Positions 21,021-34,529 of a stretch of DNA of 64,000 bases are shown piece after piece. Positions within the stretch are counted from its first letter, which is position 1. Each line of letters opens with the position of its first letter. The notes beneath the pieces were generated by a model. The model was not told the DNA's origin and ran no database searches. It was given only the letters and a program-made list of their open reading frames with translations. The stretch is taken from the NCBI GenBank assembly GCA_043228905.1, contig JBHGNT010000008.1, positions 14,880,001 through 14,944,000 on the forward strand. The letters run 5' to 3'. A program made the position numbers and the translations under genes. The DNA comes from Azolla caroliniana. Taxonomy: Eukaryota > Plantae > Polypodiophyta.

Positions 21021-23250
21021 CATGTCTAGGATGTGAATTAGAACATCTAGTGCCTGAGTATATCGAGAAAAAGAAGAGAGTCGGCAAAAATTTATGATCA
21101 ATCGTCCCATCAACAATCGGAGCGCACTGCATCACGTGTGCCCAAAGAAATTTCTCACAACCTCAACAATCAAGAGAAGGGAGCCGAAATTATACAACAA
21201 AGGAAGAGGAAGCTAGAGAAAATGAGGTTAATCAAATAATCAAAACTAGCCTCCCACAATAACAACTCCCACAATGACAACAAGTAGAAGAAGAAGCACC
21301 AAGCCTCCCAAGATTGAACTTCAGCCAACCCGGCTATTGGATCAATGAAGCAAACCATCAGGCAACACATAGCGAACATCACTGATAACTCACTACCTAC
21401 GTATAGTAACAAAGAGGTCAACATGGCATTACTACAACAAAAATTAGCACTTAAGGTGAAACTCATTCTATAGAAGGTGTATTACTCGATAGGTGCCCCC
21501 ACAAAAACTAGCTCGGGTTTGAAGAAGATCATTTCTAAAAAGGTCGAGCATACAATAAAACAATTTTTAGAAATGAACCCTCATCCTTGGCCTAATGTTC
21601 TCCAAACACTAAATAGTGGGCTCTCTCGAACTTGCTCAATATTGACATCGTCAACCAGGTCACAAAAGCAACACATTTGGAGCTCATTTTGAGACTAATG
21701 AGACAAGCTTCACCCTCCCTATATGTGTCAATAACATAACTACTCCAACCATAAACAACACAGGAACATGTGTAAGAATCAATAGGCATGATTGTGGACA
21801 TGGGGTACCTTGAAAATGTTCCTAACCCCATAAGGCAACCAATAGTAAATGAGTCTATATAGCAACTAGAAGGTATGGTGGCCCTTCATAACTTCATGAT
21901 ATATAGCATTGAATTTGCTCTCACGTTTGTTATCACAAGCCTCACTAACCACGTTGCGTACGAGTGTTTAATTGGGCAACCTTGCATTCGAGTAAGTAGA
22001 TTAGTCATGGATTTCGGGAATGACATCTCATGTTGTTATCACAAAATCCATTAACCACGTTGCCTACAAGTGTTTACTCAGGCGACATTGCCTTGAGTAA
22101 GTAAATTTCGTGATGTATCTACATGTGCAAAGCAAGAAAGACCTTGAAAATCCAAGTCTACACGGAAAAGGTCCACGAACAAGAAGGAAGCCCACTCTCA
22201 CTCATGGATAACTTGTCGGAGACCACCAAGTTTGACACAAACCTCCTCACTTACCACCACAAAAAAAATTCCGAAGATCTTGGCAAGAGGACAACCCTCC
22301 TTGAGGTCCCAACCCTTAGATCCTAAACCGTGCCAAGCCTAAGCCCATTGGTTCCACCTCTTCATATATGAATTAGGTACATGCGCTAGCCACCGTTGAC
22401 ATTATGTATCCCATTGGAACACATTGTTGCGACAATAATGAGAATTTACCATTTTGTGTTTCAATTTTACCCCCCTCACAATTACTGTTCTTGATAAAGA
22501 AGAGGAAATACATGGCCCACACAACTCAACCGTATGAAGGAGAAATGGTTGGCTGAAACCTAAGGCTCATCCATAGTAAAAATTGCATTCCAATGGTGAG
22601 CAAACATCAAAAAATCTCCCCAACATACCAACATACACACATAAAGATCATTGCCTCTCAAGAAAGTTACCTTTCCCGCCCATTTCAAACTATATGAACA
22701 AGGCACTCACTCTAGCAACACATGATGACCATGTCAGGCGCAACTTACAATGGGCCAACCAAAGCCAAAGAAGTCAACCTCGGTGACACTAAAAATCCCA
22801 AACCAGTTTTCACACCATGAACCTCCATCTGAAAGAATAAACTTCCTTGGTATTTTTCCTCGAATTCAACGATATATTCAAATGGATATGTAAAGATATG
22901 AAAGGCATCCTTGAGAAAGTTAGGTCTCACACCATACTGATGTGGGCCAATGCAAGGCCAGTGAGCCAACGCCCTGAGCTAATGAATCAACATTACACCC
23001 AATAAGTGAAAGCTGAGGTTGATAAAATTTTGGTGGTTAGGATTATCTATCCAATGAAGAGAAAAAATTAGATGTCCTTGATAGTCATCGTTCCCAAGAA
23101 GAATGCAAAGATCCGAACATTTGTCGACTATCACCTTGTGAAAGTGAACGAAACTATCTTGTCCCATACGTTGAACATCTACAACAGAGAGTAGAGAGAA
23201 AGGATACCTACAATTTTATTGATGCCTTCTCCAGATACAACCACATCTAA
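21021..23250 (+). pseudogene. Very old non-chromoviral gypsy relic (gag/PR/start of RT)
   Basis: Broken RT-start motifs at ~22860-23250 (KAEVDKIL, VIVPKKN, DAFSRYNHI). A YECLIGQP protease-end-like motif at ~21960 is tandemly duplicated. Confidence 0.55.
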
Positions 23251-23316
23251 TTGATGTTGTGTTGATTCCGTGTGTCGCACGGAAGCACTTCTATGAATCG
23301 ATGGAGTTATATCTCC

Positions 23317-26300
23317 TATCGATGTCATTGTCCTAGGATCGATCTAGACCGGCGTATAACCCTTTTGGTGGTGAGCCGGGTGGAGGTAGTTTTCAAATAC
23401 CTCCAAGATACGAGCTTACTTAGCTCTCACCTATTAGTACTTAATATCTCTCCCTCTCTCTTGTTGAGAATCAAGCTCAACGTAGTGCAACGTGTGAACA
23501 CACCTCTTGAGAATCTATGATTACTCAAAGGTCAAGAGTCACACCACTACTCTCTACACATTAACTATGTGCCATAGAATCATATTCTATAACACATAGC
23601 TAATGAGTTATATATTCCCCATGACTACGAGTCTTCACATTCCCCAAGAGAGATAGTAGTAGTTGTAGTTAGTTAATGAAGAGAGAGGGTGACTCTATAT
23701 AAAGCACCCTCCTCGTACTTCATACTAAGTTGGTTGTGACTTCTTGTTATGCTACATTTTGTAATTCTTATTCTACTTGTGAAATATACACCTTCTTCTT
23801 GAGTATTTCTTTTTGTAACTATCTTGTGTTCTCTCATCTCTCCTCTAATTCCTCTCACACATACACATAACACACATCTCTTCTGCTACACAAGAATCAT
23901 ACCCGATTCTTTACATGGTATCAGAGCGATTTGGTAGCTCGATCTAACCCACTCGCCTCATCGTAATCGTGTGTTGTGATCTCTACGCCGACGTTCAAGA
24001 AGAACCGGCTCATCGTTATCGTAGTACCACTACATATCTCGTGTTCGAGAGAGAAGGAAAAGAAGAAAGGAAGCTTAATCGACAATGAATACTCAAATGG
24101 GGACTGCTCTCCCTAGCGAGAAGTTGAACCAAAACAACTTCGCATCTTGGGAGTACAAGATGCACCAATACCTTGTCGGTCAAGGCTATTGGGGTTACAT
24201 CAAAGGAGCACAAGAAAATTGACCTGACCCGAAAGACGCCGACTATGCAACTTGGGAGCAAGCGGCAAGCCGAGTGATGTATTGCTTGGCGACATGTGTT
24301 CACGACCACATGCTCGGCTACATTCGAGAAGCCGAAACGCCAAATGAAGCATGGGAGAATCTACGAAAGATTTTCACCACCAACACAACCGTGAGAAAGC
24401 TTCAACTCCGCCAAGATTTGAACAACATCCAATAACGGGATATGTCCATCATGAGCAACACCTTGAAGATCAAGGAGCTTTGCGACTCACTCGGCTCGAT
24501 AAGTGTCAACATGGAGGACGACAAAATGGTGCAAATATGCCTCAGTGATCTTGCACCACGGTTCGGTGCGATGCGGACCTCCGTACTAGCACGGGAGAAT
24601 CCTCCCTCTTTCTTTGATCTTTAATCCATGTTGTTGCTCGAAGAAAATCATGTTCGAACAAGGAGCAATGCTTCAGAAGGCCACATGCTCTATACGTATT
24701 TGGACGGAGGAAGAGGATGTGGCCGTGCAAGAAGAGGCCAATTCGGCCAAGGACAAGGCGGACAAGGCTCGATTTATGAAATCAACTCTCAATTATAGCA
24801 ACAAGATGGAGGCCATTGAGGAACCTTCAAAAGAAGGGGGAGCCACCATTCGGGTTCGAGCCAACAAAACCTCAATCAAATGCAGATATTGTGGCAAAGT
24901 CGGCCATCGAGAAGAAGAGGGCCGAAAGAAGATGCACGAGCCGGCTTCCACTAGTTGACAACTGACCAATTACGCCACCGACTCTGAGTACGAAGACTAC
25001 GGTGGATTATTCGTAATAAGACATAGAGCGAATTCTATGTCAGCCTCTACTTCTACTAGTGCCTCCAGTCTGGAAGACGTATGGTTCGTCGATTACGGTG
25101 CCTCGAACCATATGACGTTTTATCAAGAATGGTTCCGAGAACTTCGAGAGCTAGACCGACTCGGGTATGTCGAAACCAGAGATGAAACTACGCACCCAAT
25201 TCGGCACATCAACAATGTTCCATTTGGAAAAGAAGGTAAGCAAACTTACATTAAAAATGTTTTGCATGTACCAACTATCACGAAGAATTTGGTCTCCGTC
25301 GGCCAAATTGTAGAGCAAGGAATGCAAGTTTGATTTAATCAAGGCAGTTGCTTCACCGAAAAAGAGGGCCGACTCATCGCGCGCGGACGAAGAGAGGGTC
25401 GAATGTTCATTCTCGACTCGCACGAGTTGAAATCGGCCATGTTCGCAAAAGTCACGAAAGCCGAGTCCGACATACAGTTATGGCACAAGTGGATTGGCCA
25501 TATGAACCTTCAAAAGGTCAAGGTGATGCAATCGAAAGGAGTCGTCATCAGACTCCCAACCTTGAAAGAGGGTGAGATTGAAGGCTTATGTGGGGCTTGC
25601 CAATTCGGCAAGCAACATTGGCATCCATTTCCGAATGAGAGGAATGTAAGCAAAGGTGTACTCGACGTAATTCATTCCGATGTATGGGGACCGGCTCAAA
25701 CCGCGACATTCGGTGAATGCCAATACTACGTGACCTTTATTGACGACTTCGCTAGGAACACTTAGATCTACCCGATGCGGCAAAAGAGCGAAGTGTTCGT
25801 ACACTTCCAAAAATTCAAGAGTAGAGTCGAAAAAGCTACGAGTCGACACGTACGGTGCCTTCGATCGGATGGAGGCAAAGACGAGTTTACGGTGTATCTT
25901 CGAAAAGAAGGGATTCGACGAGAATTTTTGTGTCGATATACGCTACAACAGAACAGAGTAGCCAAATGCAAGAATCGGCATATCCTCGATGTGGCACGGG
26001 CTATGCTTAACGGAAAGCACATGCCGAAATCGTATTGGGCGGAAGTAGCTAACACGGTTGTCTATCTCATGAATCAATGTACAACATCCGGCGTGCATGA
26101 AGTCACGCCGCACGAGAAGCTTTTCTGACAGAAGCACGATCTATCACATGTTCGGATATTCGGCTCCATTGCGTATGTTCACATCCCCAACAAAAAGCAA
26201 CAAAAGCTTGACCCGAAGTCGGAGAAATGTATCCTCATAGGATACTCACTGGAGCAAAAGGGGTACAAGTGCTATAACCGCTCAACTCGAAAATCTCGAG

Positions 26301-28058
26301 TAAGTTGAGACGTCGTTTTCGACGAGTCGGCATCTTGGTACACAATAGAGACAACTTCCACTCTGATTCCGCTCGACCTAAATCCGTCGAACAAGAGATA
26401 GAAGATGAAGATCGCCTTATGCACATGTTTGAAGAAAGCCCAATTACGACAAGGCTTAGTGGGCCACAAGAGCCTCTGAGCGATCAAAGCATATCTCGGC
26501 CGAGTTCGAAGTTGGACAAAGATAAGGTGAAAATGCTGAAGTATGAAGACGATCACTTCGATGGCAACGAATCAACTCACTCCCTCGATAGTGAGTTCGA
26601 AGGCCTTGACATCCGGACAAATGGAGCAAACAAAGCCGTAGTATCCACAAACGAGAAGCTCCGCCGATCCACCTATGAAAAGAACCCCGTACGCCGATTC
26701 AGCTACAATGATTATATGGCGTACCATTACGCCTTCATGATGAAGGTAGCGACAGTACGGGAGCCGGAAACATTTTCTGAAGCTGTGATGGAGCCCAGAT
26801 GGGTTGAAGTGATGAATGAGGAGATGCAAGCACTCTCCAAGAATGAGACACGGGAGCTCGTTTCCCATTCATCGCACAAGAAGGCAATTGGTTGCAAATG
26901 GATCTACAAGGTGAAGTATAATGTTGATGGCTCCGTAAACTGTTACAAAGCTCGACTCGTACCGAAAGGATACGCTCAAACGCATGGAGTCAACTATGAA
27001 GAGACATTTACCCCGGTGGCAAAGATGACGACTGTGCGGACTGTAATTGTACTCGCAGCGGTGAAAGGGGGGCACCTCCATCAGATGGACGTAAAAAACG
27101 GCTTTCTTCAAGGAGAATTAGAAGAGGAGGTGTACATGGTACAACCTCCCGGCTTCGAATCGTGCATTCATCCGAAAGATGTGTGCCGACTCAAGAAGCC
27201 AATCTATGGCCTCAAGCAAGCACCGCGTGCTTGGCATTCGAAGATTACGCAATATCTTCATCAAATCGGCTTTCAAATGTCGAAATCCGACAACTCCCTC
27301 TACGTACGACACGACTCTAGAAGCCTAATTGTCATCATCCTCTATGTGGATGATCTGGTTATTGGACGTGAACATTTAGTCGACATCAACAAGGTGAAGT
27401 CCCTCATCTCCAACAAATTCGAGATCATGGACATGAAGGAGCTTCATTACTTCCTAGGCATTGAGGTAATTCGGACTCCGGTCGGCATTATGATCTCCCA
27501 ACAGGACTACATCCTCAACTTGTTATACAAGTTCGGGATGAGTTAGTGTAAATCTGTGGCAACCCCTCTCAATCGAAACCGCAAACTAGATGCCGACTCC
27601 GGCACAAACGAGTGCGAGCCGACTCAATATCAACAACTAATCGGGAGTCTCATTTATGTCATGATCACGCGACCCGACCTCAACTATCCGGTCAGCCTCC
27701 TTAGCCAATTCATCCAAACTCCGCGAGATATCTATTTCGATTGCGCTAAGCGAGTATTACGATACGTGAGCGGCACAATCGATTACGACATCCTTTACGC
27801 ATCGGCCACACCAAGTTAATGAAGAGAGAGAGTGGCTCTATATAAAGCACCCTCCTCATACTTCATACTTAGTTGGTTGTGACTCCTTGTTATGCTACAT
27901 TTTGTAATTCTTATTCTACTTGTGAAATATACACCTTCTTCTTGGGTATTCCTTTTTCTATCTATCTTGTGTTCTCTCATCTCTCCTCTAATTCCTCTCA
28001 CACATACACATAACACACATCTCTTCCACTACACAAGAATCATACCCGATTCTTTAAA
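23317..28058 (+). mobile_element. Ty1/copia element F (related to C), with a 3' internal deletion
   Basis: 5' LTR ~23317-23915; PBS TGGTATCAGAGC 23916-23927; partial 3' LTR 27814-28058 matches 23671-23915. Candidate TSD TCTCC (23312-23316 / 28059-28063). Both outer termini are mutated. Confidence 0.85.
24085..27813 (+). pseudogene. pol: Element F gag-pol, degenerate; RNase H lost
   Basis: CRYCGKVGH, WFVDYGASNH, VIHSDVWGP, YKARLV and ILYVDDL motifs. Confidence 0.88.
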
Positions 28059-28397
28059 TCTCCGTTGCCTTACTCTCTCTTACACAAAGAAGACATTATC
28101 ATGAACACGACTTCTTAATATAAATAGGTGACCTAGCATCATACAAGAGGAGGAGATTAGGGTTCGGCTTACTTAGCTCTTAATCCCAAACTCTCTTAAC
28201 GCTAATGAAGGATTAAGGAGATAGAAGAGGAGCTCTTAATGTACTAATAGAAAAGGAGAAACTCTAAAAATCAAGAAGAGCTTTCAAAGTCACCACAAGG
28301 TGGCTTTTATAAATTTTTACAAGGTAAGTGTCTCCCCTTTGTTGGATGCGGTCATCTAGATGTGGAACGATTTCTCAACACTCTTTCTAATAAGGAT

Positions 28398-28777
28398 TGT
28401 CAGAGAGAAAATAGAAACAGATTGAGAGCAACGAACAACTAATTAGTGAGACAAGATCAACAAAGTTACAAGGAGAAAAGAAAAACAGTGATGGCACAAG
28501 CACAATGTAACTGTATTATTCTCAGAGAACTACAATCTAAAATGGCAACAACAAAAACCTAAACAACATTCTAAACTAGGTTACAAAGTCAGTTTATATA
28601 CTGGCTAACTTAGGGTAGTTCCCTTCTTACTATTTACAAAGATAGTCCTCAACCTAGTGTGTACAATGGGACAATGTGAATACGTCCATTAGAGACCCGT
28701 ATTCGACACTCCCATATAATAAGCGTATACAACAGAAATCTGTAAACACGTTCGCGTTCACAAGTGGAAGGATGACA
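28398..28777 (-). repeat. Possible solo LTR of an unassigned family
   Basis: TGTCA..TGACA termini and a minus-strand TATA (plus TTTATATA ~28593). No TSD confirmed. Confidence 0.3.
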
Positions 28778-29083
28778 CATAATTGGAAGGATAAGGAATA
28801 TTCTGTTTGATTTTAGTACTTTTTCAATGATAATAGAAAACACATTGATACCAGTATCATACATTCTCAAATATATATTATGAAAAAGGTTAAAAAACCA
28901 CCATTTTCGTGATTTAAAAATAAATAAATAAAAGTGAAATTTCAAAAGGCTACATTCTCAATTTATATCACAAACTTTACAACCAATGTTGTTTTATAAG
29001 AAACGATATTCATAGGAATCGAAAGAATTCAAAACACATGCTTTTATATTACTCGATTTGTTACAAGCAGAAGGTAGTTACAC

Positions 29084-29778
29084 TTAATAGCCAAAAATAC
29101 ATTCATGATCACTCCTTTCTAGAGAATCACTACTATAACTAATATACAATGAGCACTCATCCTCGGATGTACCAATCAATGCATTATCTTCATCATAAAC
29201 CAAATGGTGTGACTCTAGATTATGTGCAACAGATCTTATTTGCCTCTGACTCGAGCCACCATGTAGACCTGGTAATTTTTCTTTTATTATATCTATTGTT
29301 GACTTCCTTAAGCATCCAACTTTTGTAAGCGTGAAGTCATACACAATAACATCCACATCAGAGATATCAAGGGTCGAGGTGTTACAAATGTTTCGTTTCC
29401 TCTTCCTGCTTCCCCTTCTCGTCGGGCATTCCATCATCTCCAAGGTATACTTACCCGTAAAAGAATTTTGACTTTTAGTGTTGTACCAATGAACTTTTAT
29501 AGACTTGATCACGTTTTCTATTTCATGCATTAGCACTTCTAGAATTTTTCCAATCCAAAATTGGAGGCCTTGTTCGTTGTCATCAACATGTGTTGCAATC
29601 AACATCCCCACCACGAGCTCTCGCAAATTTCCTTGCCTTCTAGCTTGAGTTGCTATGGTCATCCTTGGTCCCACATAAATGTCTATTTGTTGTGGATGAA
29701 CTGAACTTTCATTAATCGCATTAGTTTCTTGCTCCTGAGACTTATTTAGACGATCATGTTGTAGGACCATGTGAATGG
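29084..29778 (-). pseudogene. C-terminal part of the Sola-like transposase, separated from its N-terminal part by element G
   Basis: Reading continues across TSD AATGG (..WTLEMPF|TW..). Contains an FWIGKI..IKVHWY beta-rich tail. Confidence 0.6.
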
Positions 29779-30238
29779 TGTTTTCGCTAGGGCTGGACAA
29801 TGGCCTAACACATGGTGTCCCTTTGAGGCACTTCACTAAAGGGGTGTTGCGGTAAGATAGAGTTAGACCGACTATTAATGGAACCCTAATTGGTTACTAG
29901 CAGCAATACCATTAATCACAATACACGCGTAGGATAAATTACACTTAGCACAGAACGGTAATTAACCACGATTAAGATACCGAACAACAACACTATATTA
30001 ATTATCCGCTAATGATTACAATCTAACTGGCCCTTTTCATAGGTCTCCGTTTTAGGTCCAAACCGGTGCTACCGGCAACCGGCTACGAACCGGTCCAGAT
30101 CCGGATCGGCATACCGATTCCATGTCTGTCCGTTCGCTTCTCAAATCATAATAATTCTATGTAAATATATAATCAGCTCCGAGTTATTAATTATCCCCTT
30201 GTTTCCCATTCTGGACTTCCCTTGTCAGCCGGCTAACA
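29779..30238 (-). repeat. 3' LTR of element G
   Basis: Direct repeat of 53535-53995, with TGTT..TAACA ends. Confidence 0.93.
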
Positions 30239-30240
30239 CA

Positions 30241-30257
30241 TGGCACGCCCGTGGGAC
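30241..30257 (+). promoter_or_regulatory. Antisense PBS-like motif (tRNA-Arg-like) at the PPT position of element G
   Basis: TGGCACGCCCGTGGGAC lies 2 nt from the LTR. There is no purine tract on the sense strand. Confidence 0.7.
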
Positions 30258-30559
30258 AGTACCTTGTACGTCGAATCCCACTATTCGGCCTTGATTCATC
30301 CTCCAAAATGTCGATAATACTTTGATCTAAGGGTTCCAATGGTTCCACAGGAAGTTGTTCTGTTGTTTGTTGCTGCTACTCCCCTTCCTCCTATTCTTGC
30401 AGTTGTGGATGCTCTTCTTTCCGCTCCGGCTCCAACTGTGGTTGCTGCTGGTTGCCTTCTGTTGCCTGCGGCTCCGTTGGTCTGACCAGCTCTGTCTCCA
30501 TTTCTGGCTCGACAGATCTTACCGGATCTTCCTCCTTTTCTAGCTCAACCGGCCTTGGC

Positions 30560-33184
30560 GTCTCCTAGTTCTGTTGTCCGGCGTTCCCCGGTTCCTGTGG
30601 ATGACCTTTCCCTAGCGGCTCCTCCTGAGTACTATCTGGCTAGCTTCCCCCGGCTTCAACCGGCGTGTGCTCTGAAGAATGCTCCTCGTCACTTATGCTA
30701 ATCGCCGCAGTTTTCTTGGCCACTTCTTGTCGTCGCCATTCCCGTTTGTACTTCTCGAAACGGAGTTGGTTGTCCAACTGGTCATCATCTAGCTGTGCCA
30801 CCAACTGGCGAACCGCCACTCTCTGCTCATCAGCCAAGGATACGAAATCATCCACCAGTTCCTCTTGTATTGCTTCAATGCTTTCTTTATCCAAGATGTA
30901 AACTTTGTGGCACTCTTTCTGTCGGTTTTCCGCATCTGCCCGAAGCAACTGTAGCTCTACTGCTTGCTTAGCCCACTTCAACCACCACTATATTGAGCTC
31001 TCTTCCACCAATTGCTTCATTTGATTCCTCTATGCCAGTACGATGTCCTGGATCCGCCCTAGCCCCATCTTCGACTTGTTTTCCACGGCCTGCTTTTTGT
31101 CCTTCAATTGTTTGATCAGGCTTGCGGTTGCCACTTCTTGGCTTCTGTAGTGCATGAGTTGGGTTTGATATGTCGTCTTAACTCTGTTTAGAGACATTGT
31201 AGCGCGCTCCATTTCCACATGCTGTTGTACATGTAGGTCCAGTTGCTCTTTTGCTGCCGCCGCCAGTTGTTTCGCTTGTTCGGCTCCCTTCGACTGCTCT
31301 TCCATCAATGCCGTCGTCAACCGGTTAACTTCCTCCCAGAGTTCTCTACACTTTTCCTGTTGCCAGTCACTGTCGGTAGTCAATTTCTTATGATCGGCAT
31401 CCAAATGCTTATAATCCCGGTGTAGTCGGTCGAAGTCATCGATTTTCTATTTGAGCTTTTGATTTATAAGCCGGCAAGCGCGGTCCTCACGGTATTTTTG
31501 TTGCCGAAGCTCTTCTTTGAGGCGCTCAATCTCCACTTCCGCCGTCCTTCGGAGTTTCTCTTTTTCTTCCTGGAGTTTTTCTTTCTCTTCTTTCAGCCGA
31601 TCATACACTTGATGCCCTCTTCGCAAGCTTTCCTCTATTCGGCGGAGGCTGTCGGCCATTCTCCTTTGTTCCTCCTCCGCCACTTTTTTCAATTCTCGTT
31701 CCCTAGCACGTAAGGTTTCTTGTGCAGCCAGGTCTTCCCTTAGTGTGGCGAGCTCCTGTGTGGGTGATTCATGAGTATTTGGGCCCGTCGCCGTCATCGG
31801 GGTTTGATCGTTCTGTCGAGTTACTGCGGCCACCGATTTTGATTGTTGTGGTCCTTCTCTATGTCTTCTTCCATGCTCCGGATTCTTGACCGAGCCATCT
31901 CTAATTCCTCAGTTGTGGCTAGCAACCAGGCTTTCTACGCTTTTTCTTCCGCTTCTAACTGGCCGACAACACCAATCACTTGTTTTGCTACCCATCAGAG
32001 CCATCGACTGCCGGTGCCTTGTGGTTGTGCCGGTTCTGGTTGTGGGATGGCGTTTCCACTGGTCACGAGCCCACTATTGACGATTACGTCACACAACCGC
32101 TCCTATTCTGGCTGTTGTTGTTGCAGCGGTGATACCGGCAATTCAATGACCGGTTCTTGATTCACCGGTACTGCCGTGTCCTGGACCGCTGGTTCCGCGA
32201 TGTCCTTCCGCAACCCTTGCTCCGTTCCCGATTCTTGTTGAGCCAGTTCTGCCGCCTTCCTTGGTTGCGTCTCCTCAGGGGAGGGTTCCCGTATATTGTC
32301 CTCCGTTAGCCTTGATGTCCCCCCTTCGTGGCCCTTTTCTCTTGTTTGGTGACGCCGTAGTAGCATCTCTGTCGGCTTGTCTTCCTGCTGTTCTTTTTCT
32401 AGGGTCTTGTTGCTGATTACCGCCGCCAAGGGGTCCTGAGCCTGCGTTTTCTCCGGTTGCTGCTTTGCGCAACTTGATTTTCAACGGTCTCCCAAAGGTG
32501 TCCACCGATGCCTCCTCAGCCAGCCGCTTCCGATTAGGCCGTTCCTTTGCCTCGGTAGCCAGGAGTTGTTGTCGTTTTGAAGCTGTTTTGAGGGTCTCTT
32601 TTGTCGGTCTTCCCCTTTTCCTTTGGTTTATGGGCTCCACCGGCGGTGCTAATAGAGTGAGCCATTGTGCCACTGCTGTCCACATCTTTTTGCCATCTTT
32701 TATTGAAACGATGGTAGCGCTCAGGCTGTCGACAATCATTACTGGCCAATCCACCTGTACTCCCTCGTAGGTGGCTATGATCAGACTGGCTCTATTCCTG
32801 GGCATCGCCGGTGGTTGGGGGTACACATGGCCATACTCGTGGAGTACCCGAGCAATTTTCTGAAACAAGAGACCTTCATCGCCTTGCTGCCCAGGAAATA
32901 TTCCCCAAAATACCTCGTCAACAGCTCCGGCGAAGGGTTGTCGATCGAGTAGATTCCCCCTTCCGGTAGGCCGGTCATGGCTCGGATGGCTTCCTCGGTG
33001 ATGACCTCCGTGTCGATGTTTTTAAAGACATTTTCCGCATCACTGTGTGGCGGTGCTTCGGCTATCTACAAGAATCCCTCCAGACCGTGTTGCTTCAGCC
33101 ATTTCTTAGCTTCTTCTGAGAGTACCATGCATTCCATGTCGTCTTCGGAGTCAGTAGGTTGTGGTAAGCTGGGTGCACCTATGT
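30560..33184 (-). pseudogene. Extra (env-position) ORF of element G: Transposase_32-like domain plus long coiled coil; 5' end at ~46423-46532
   Basis: Fragments LKQHGLEGFL, ITEEAIRAMTGLP and RASLIIATYEGVQVDWPVMIVDSL, followed by E/K/R/Q-rich heptad ORFs at 30640-31833. Confidence 0.65.
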
Positions 33185-33371
33185 TGTCGCGTTATTACGC
33201 ATGTGCGTGTAGAACAAGGCAGGACTGCGGGGGTCTTGGTCCGAGGAACAAGAGAGCAAGAGGGGAGCAAGAAGACAATGGTCGTGCTTCGCACACGCAC
33301 AAATACACAGAAACACAACTTATTGAAACAAGATGAATGTGTGTATGTGTATGTATATATATATATGATAA

Positions 33372-34031
33372 TGACGGGAACTAAACGCTCCTTATGCGCA
33401 ACACTCGGCCACAACCGAGCTTAGAATGATACACAGAAAACGGGAAATAAAACACGACACAAACAAGAGACGAGGTACATAGGAGGTTTACGTGGAAAAC
33501 CCCAAACTAGGGGAAAAAGCACGGTAGCCCACAGGCTGCAAACTATCACTATGATGGAATGTACAACAATGAGTTCACTGAGGCACTAACCTCGTGCTCA
33601 CAGATCTTCGGCACAGGCAGCGGTTACAACAGAGGCAACGACCTCTTTCTCTCTCTCTCTCTCTCTCTGTACAGTTACGCACACACTCTATTCTTGCACC
33701 AACAAGAATGACAACGACAACTAAAAGTTTGCCCTAAGTCATATTTATACTAATATGACTTTTCGGCTATTTACAAATATAGTCTCGATGGACTCTCAGA
33801 AGCATATTTACGAATATGTCTCTTCATCCGGTTCTCACCGGGTCTGTACCATCCGGCTCTCCGTAGCCGGGTACTCCTCATCCGGTTCATACCGGGTCTG
33901 CACCATCCGGCTCTCCGTAGCCAGGTACTCCTCATCCGGTTCATACCGGGTCTGCACCATCCGGCTCTCCTTAGCCGGGTACTCCTCGTACGGTTTCTCC
34001 CTTCCCATCCGAAGGGACCTGTCTCCCAACA
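33372..34031 (-). mobile_element. Solo LTR of copia family A inside the 3' LTR of H
   Basis: Homologous to A LTRs; TSD GATAA (33367-33371 / 34032-34036). Confidence 0.93.
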
Positions 34032-34529
34032 GATAAAAGGGGTTACAACCGGTGGGCCGATGAGCGACAAGCTCTGATGCCTACATGCACACACGCACTC
34101 AGACACGAGATGGAGACTCAGCCGGAAGCACTCGGGCATTCCGTAGAGCAGAGTTAGCCTCCCGAAAACCTGCACAGCGCAAATACAGAAAAAGAAGGAG
34201 GAGATGAGGTTAGTCCCAGTTCGACAGCACTTCGTCCTCAACAAAAGCGATCCCCCATTATGTTTCCTCTCCCTCTTTTATAGCCGAAGGAGTGAGGCCG
34301 TCACAACCCGTTACATCATCTTTATTCTTTGTCCTTTCAGACAGAGATACGCCTCGATTTTCTACCTAACAAATGCGTGCTACCTAGGATATTCACATCT
34401 ACCGACTTGTACCTAAATATATATATAACAACAAAACTTGTGCCTACGTATAAGAGCCAGTTCGCGCACATTATTCTCCGATTCCGCCTAGGGATGATTG
34501 TCTCCACGACATCCGCCCCCACCTAACTG

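Larger units (their letters stand above)
23255..28380. repeat. Possible solo LTR hosting element F (segments 23255-23316 and 28064-28380)
   Basis: TGTTG start, TCAACA end and TATAAAT-containing non-coding sequence. No TSD found. Confidence 0.3.

Noticed and set aside
28785-28810. Candidate Sola TIR GGATAAGGAATATT matching 57638-57650 inverted
   Set aside because: The match is short, gapped and AT-rich, and no TSD could be verified.
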